Shown piece after piece: positions 60,572 through 64,000 of a DNA stretch of 64,000 nucleotides. This DNA is from an uncultured Chloroflexia bacterium (GTDB lineage: Bacteria; Chloroflexota; Limnocylindria; Limnocylindrales; CSP1-4). The DNA lies in assembly GCA_963819655.1 (NCBI GenBank), contig CAWFXA010000002.1, positions 1,056,001-1,120,000 on the forward strand, in the 5' to 3' direction. Position 1 is the stretch's first letter. The number at the start of each line of letters is the position of its first letter. The notes under the pieces were generated by a model. It did no database searches. It was not told the origin of the DNA and saw nothing but the letters and a program-made list of their open reading frames with translations. The position numbers were made by a program, and so were the translations under genes.

Positions 60572-60815
60572 GCGGGCAGACTAGCCGCGAGCGCGACTTC
60601 CGCGCACGTTTTGAGCTCCAGAGCCGGATGCGCGGTCTGCTCGGTCTGGTTTGTGCCTGGCAGTCGCGATCGGAGGTCGAAGGCGATGAGAGCGATGCGT
60701 CGGCTCGAAATCGCGACTGTGAGTCGCGCGGCGCGCGAAACGACCACCTCGAATCGAAGAGCGCCTGCCGGGAGGGGCAGGCGCTCGACGGGAGGGCGAT
60801 GCGGATCGGCGGCGC

Positions 60816-61082
60816 TTAGTCCGCGCCGGCGAGGCCGCGGTCGTCGGCCACGTTGTCGTCGAGTCGACGGGTCACGGCTGCGGCAGCGAGGCTGATCGCG
60901 GCCGTCGCGCGAGCGAGTCCGCGACGGACGCTGGAACCGAGATCGGGCTGCGCGACCCAGTCGTACTCCTCGCGGCCATCGGACTGGGTCTCGCGTGCGA
61001 GTCGGACGAGTCGCATCCTCTCGAGCTCTCGCGAACGATCGTTCGCAAGATCAAGAGCGATCATCGCGTAATAGGTGTTCAT
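60816..61082 (-). CDS. Small hypothetical protein (88 aa)
   Basis: GAGGAGG RBS; MNTYYAMIALDLANDRSRELERMRL... Confidence 0.65.
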   Translation of the reverse strand: MNTYYAMIALDLANDRSRELERMRLVRLARETQSDGREEYDWVAQPDLGSSVRRGLARATAAISLAAAAVTRRLDDNVADDRGLAGAD

Positions 61083-61110
61083 GTGGTCCTCCTCGAGGGT
61101 CAGAGTCGTC

Positions 61111-61227
61111 TTAGCGGACGTGGGAATCGGGAATTTGCTCCCGCGAATCCGCACCGAAGCGGATGGATCCCAGGCCCAGGCCGATGAAGCCGATGACCAG
61201 GACCAGGAACGTGACGATGACTTCCAT
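61111..61227 (-). CDS. Small single-TM peptide (38 aa, RFGADSR)
   Basis: GGAGG RBS; MEVIVTFLVLVIGFIGLGLGSIRFGADSREQIPDSHVR. Confidence 0.7.
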   Translation of the reverse strand: MEVIVTFLVLVIGFIGLGLGSIRFGADSREQIPDSHVR

Positions 61228-61248
61228 GGTCGGTCCTCCCAGTGACTC

Positions 61249-61332
61249 GTAACCCTTTTTTGGTGTCTCATCGGTTACTTGACGTAATGTACCCCCTTGC
61301 GCGTAACCTGTCAACTGGTCTAAAGTGGTTAT
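61249..61332. promoter_or_regulatory. Two TAACC-N18-GGTTA palindromes, candidate CGNR-regulator operators
   Basis: 61250-61277 and 61304-61331 have identical arms and spacing. Confidence 0.7.
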
Positions 61333-61336
61333 CAGA

Positions 61337-62035
61337 ATGAAAACCAAGATCAACGCGCTGGTCGCTCGCGGGCACCATGCGCACGATGTCGACCTCGAGG
61401 ACACGTTCGACTTCCTGAACACCGATGACCTCGAGAATGGTTTCCGGGTCGACCGGCTCCCGACCCTTGGAGACGCCCTGTCGTGGTTCGTCGAGCGCGG
61501 CGTCATCCACGGGGAAGGTGCCGATCGGCTGGGCCATCAGGCCGAGAGCGATGCTGCGACCGCGCAGCGCGACCTCGCGCGGATCCACGCCGTCCGCGGT
61601 GCGCTGCGCGATGTGGCGGACGCGATCGTCGAACAGCGGCCGCCACATGCGGGTGCGCTCGATACGGTGAACCGGGCGCTCCATGCCCGCCAGGTCATCG
61701 AGCTCGTCCCCGCATTCGACGGCTGCGTCGCGGTCGACCACCGACACGTCGGAGACCCGATCGACGACGCCCTGGCGCGCCTGTGCGATCCGCTGGTGTC
61801 CGAGCTGACAGGGGGAGACCCGGAGCGGATCCGGATCTGCGACAACGAGCGCTGCCGGTGGGTGTTCTACGACACGTCGCGCACGGGCCGGCGCCGCTGG
61901 TGCGACATGGCGACCTGTGGCAACCGTGCCAAGGCCGCGCGCCACCGCGCGCGGACGAAGGGCGCCATAGACACAGGCGCGATCGAGATGGGCGCGACCG
62001 AGACGGCCGCGCCGACCGTCAGCGCCGGAGCGTGA
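61337..62035 (+). CDS. ABATE/CGNR zinc-finger domain protein
   Basis: DFLNT, RICDNERCRWVFYDTSR...RRWCDMATCGNRAK. Confidence 0.92.
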   Translation: MKTKINALVARGHHAHDVDLEDTFDFLNTDDLENGFRVDRLPTLGDALSWFVERGVIHGEGADRLGHQAESDAATAQRDLARIHAVRGALRDVADAIVEQRPPHAGALDTVNRALHARQVIELVPAFDGCVAVDHRHVGDPIDDALARLCDPLVSELTGGDPERIRICDNERCRWVFYDTSRTGRRRWCDMATCGNRAKAARHRARTKGAIDTGAIEMGATETAAPTVSAGA

Positions 62036-62783
62036 GTACGCCGTAGCGGCACAGGGGCCACAGCCCCGGCCAGCGCTTCAGCATCATCCGGTCCAGTTCG
62101 CGGAGCGGCGGGATCTTCTTCCCGAAGCCGAGGCCACGCTCGATCATGCTGAACAGCTGCACGCCCCTCAGCTCGGCCGACGCGAACGGAGCCATCCAGG
62201 CGTCGATGTCCTGCCGCCGGAGCGGGATGTCGGCGCCTCGATCGTGCTTGTGCGGATAGGGCACGTGGTCGCGAACGGCCTGGACGATGGGGTTCGTCCC
62301 GAGTGGCTCGGAGAACGCAGCGCGACCGCCCGGACGGAGGATGCGCGCGAGCTCCTTCGCCCCGGCGACCGGTTCGAGATGGTGCAGGACGGCCTTCCCG
62401 AAGGCGATGTCGAAGCTCGCGTCGTCGAAGGGGAGGTATTCGCCGGGCGCGACCGCGAACGTGATCCGATCCTCGACGCCGACCATGGCCGCACGCTTCC
62501 GGGCGACCTCGACGCTGCCCTCGGATAGGTCGAATGCCGACACGTGGGCGCCACTGCGCGCCAGAAGCACGGTCAGTTTGCCAAGCCCACAGCCGTACTC
62601 GACGACCCGCTTGCCGTGCAGGTCACCGAGGAATTCGGCGACGCCAACGAGCAGTGCATCGCGCCCGGCGAACGAGGCGAAGTCCTCACCCTCCTTCGGC
62701 GGCACGATGGGCTCGGTCGTGTCGCCGGCGTGCGCGTCCCACTTCGCGCGCTCGACGGCATAACGCTCCTCGATCGCCGTCAT
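62019..62783 (-). CDS. Class I SAM-dependent methyltransferase
   Basis: VVEYGCGLG, LPFDDASFD, LHHL, LRPGG. Confidence 0.9.
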   Translation of the reverse strand: MTAIEERYAVERAKWDAHAGDTTEPIVPPKEGEDFASFAGRDALLVGVAEFLGDLHGKRVVEYGCGLGKLTVLLARSGAHVSAFDLSEGSVEVARKRAAMVGVEDRITFAVAPGEYLPFDDASFDIAFGKAVLHHLEPVAGAKELARILRPGGRAAFSEPLGTNPIVQAVRDHVPYPHKHDRGADIPLRRQDIDAWMAPFASAELRGVQLFSMIERGLGFGKKIPPLRELDRMMLKRWPGLWPLCRYGVLTLRR

Positions 62784-62974
62784 CGGTCCTCCTCCGGAGT
62801 CGTCGTCCCCCCGAGCGACTGGACTGGCCTTGACCGCCAACCATGGGCGGCCACCGTCGGTCCGTCAATCTCTGGGTGCCACGAACCTACCCTGTTTCGG
62901 TGTCGGTTGTCACCGTTTTCGTGTCGGAGACGAGCGGTTCCTGACGGTGAGGGCCGGTTGCCGAGCGCCCCGGC

Positions 62975-63895
62975 TCAGCCCTTCAACGCGCCGCTGACGC
63001 CGGCGCCCGACAGGAACAGGCGCTGGAAAAGGAGGAACAGCGCGATCGGGATGAGGCTCGAGATCGTCAGCGCGGCGATGAACACGCCGAGATCCGTCGT
63101 CGGCGCCAGGATCGGCAAACGGACCGACAACGGCTGGAGCTCCGGGTCCCGCAGGACCAGAAGCGGCCACAGGTAATCCTTCCACGTGGCGATGACCGCG
63201 AATACGGAGACGACCCCGAGGATCGGTCGCGACATCGGCAGGACGATCGACCAGAACAGCCGGAACGGGCCCGCGCCATCGACTCGCGCGGCCTCGAAGA
63301 TCTCGCGCGGCAGATTGTCGAAGAAGCGCTTGATCAGGATGATGTTCAGGGCGCTGGCACCCGCCGGCAGCCAGACCGCCCAATACGAGTCGATCAGACG
63401 CCATTCGACGATCGGGACCTTCACGACCGTCAGGTAGAGCGGCACGAGCAGCACGATGGGCGGGACGAACAGCGTCGCGATCACGAGGCCCGTCAGGAGG
63501 CCGCTGAACCGCGGCCGCAACACCGACAGGACGTAGCCGGCCGTCGTCGCGACGACGAGCTGGACGGCCCACGACCCGAATGCGATGGCCACGGTGTTGA
63601 ACAGGTAGCGGTCGATGTGGACCTTGTTCCACGCCGTCGCGAACTGGGTCACGTCGAACCCGTTGGGCCACAGGGCCATCGGCTGGCGCAGGGTGTCGAG
63701 GGTGGGCGTGATCGAGGACTTGAGCATCCACAGGATCGGCCCGAGACCGACCACGATGAGGAAGACCAGCGTGACCACGTGCACGACGCGCACCAGCCAA
63801 CGCGCACGGCGCTGGCTCAGGTCGGCCTTCGACAGGATGCCGCGCTCGGATGACGTCTGACCTGCGGCCGCCCTTGTGCGCCGCAGGCCGCTCAT
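62975..63895 (-). CDS. Carbohydrate ABC permease (MalG-type)
   Basis: EAARVDGA, WKDYLWPL. Confidence 0.92.
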   Translation of the reverse strand: MSGLRRTRAAAGQTSSERGILSKADLSQRRARWLVRVVHVVTLVFLIVVGLGPILWMLKSSITPTLDTLRQPMALWPNGFDVTQFATAWNKVHIDRYLFNTVAIAFGSWAVQLVVATTAGYVLSVLRPRFSGLLTGLVIATLFVPPIVLLVPLYLTVVKVPIVEWRLIDSYWAVWLPAGASALNIILIKRFFDNLPREIFEAARVDGAGPFRLFWSIVLPMSRPILGVVSVFAVIATWKDYLWPLLVLRDPELQPLSVRLPILAPTTDLGVFIAALTISSLIPIALFLLFQRLFLSGAGVSGALKG

Positions 63896-64000
63896 GAGTC
63901 GACGCTCCAGCGACGCGTGAGCCAGTAGTAGCCGGCCGTGAACACCGCCAGGAACGCAGCGAGCATCAGGCTCAGCGCCGCCGCCATGCCGTAGTCACCG
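63892..64000 (-). CDS. Carbohydrate ABC permease (MalF-type), C-terminal fragment
   Basis: GDYGMAAALSLMLAAFLAVFTAGYYWLTRRWSVDS*; overlaps the next start. Confidence 0.8.
   Translation of the reverse strand, partial: GDYGMAAALSLMLAAFLAVFTAGYYWLTRRWSVDS

Noticed and set aside
1-64000. Many long overlapping or antisense ORFs in the ORF track
   Set aside because: Arg/Pro/Gly-rich shadow frames expected at about 70% GC, with no family motifs

Overview
High-GC (about 70%) bacterial DNA, probably from a Chloroflexota lineage (inferred from protein style only). No rRNA, tRNA, CRISPR array or intact mobile element was seen. From left to right the window holds: (1) the pyrG 3' end, a DUF4032/ParB-like gene and two secreted peptidases; (2) a tightly linked fsa/tal - PEP-utiliser - xanthine-oxidase-family Mo enzyme - truncated PPDK fusion operon (4.5-12.8 kb); (3) a roughly 15 kb catabolic cluster of unknown substrate (13.4-28.2 kb); (4) a roughly 17 kb amino-sugar/sugar catabolic supercluster containing a MetE-core-like gene (28.2-45.2 kb); (5) housekeeping and competence genes (rho, LysM/M23, obgE, nadD, rsfS, holA, comEC, comEA); (6) a CGNR/ABATE regulator divergent from two small proteins, with two identically spaced palindromes between them. 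The best candidate for an undescribed system is the split-dikinase/Mo-hydroxylase operon. About 15 single-base indels break otherwise intact genes and are most likely long-read assembly errors. All calls come from motif recognition by eye; no database searches were run.
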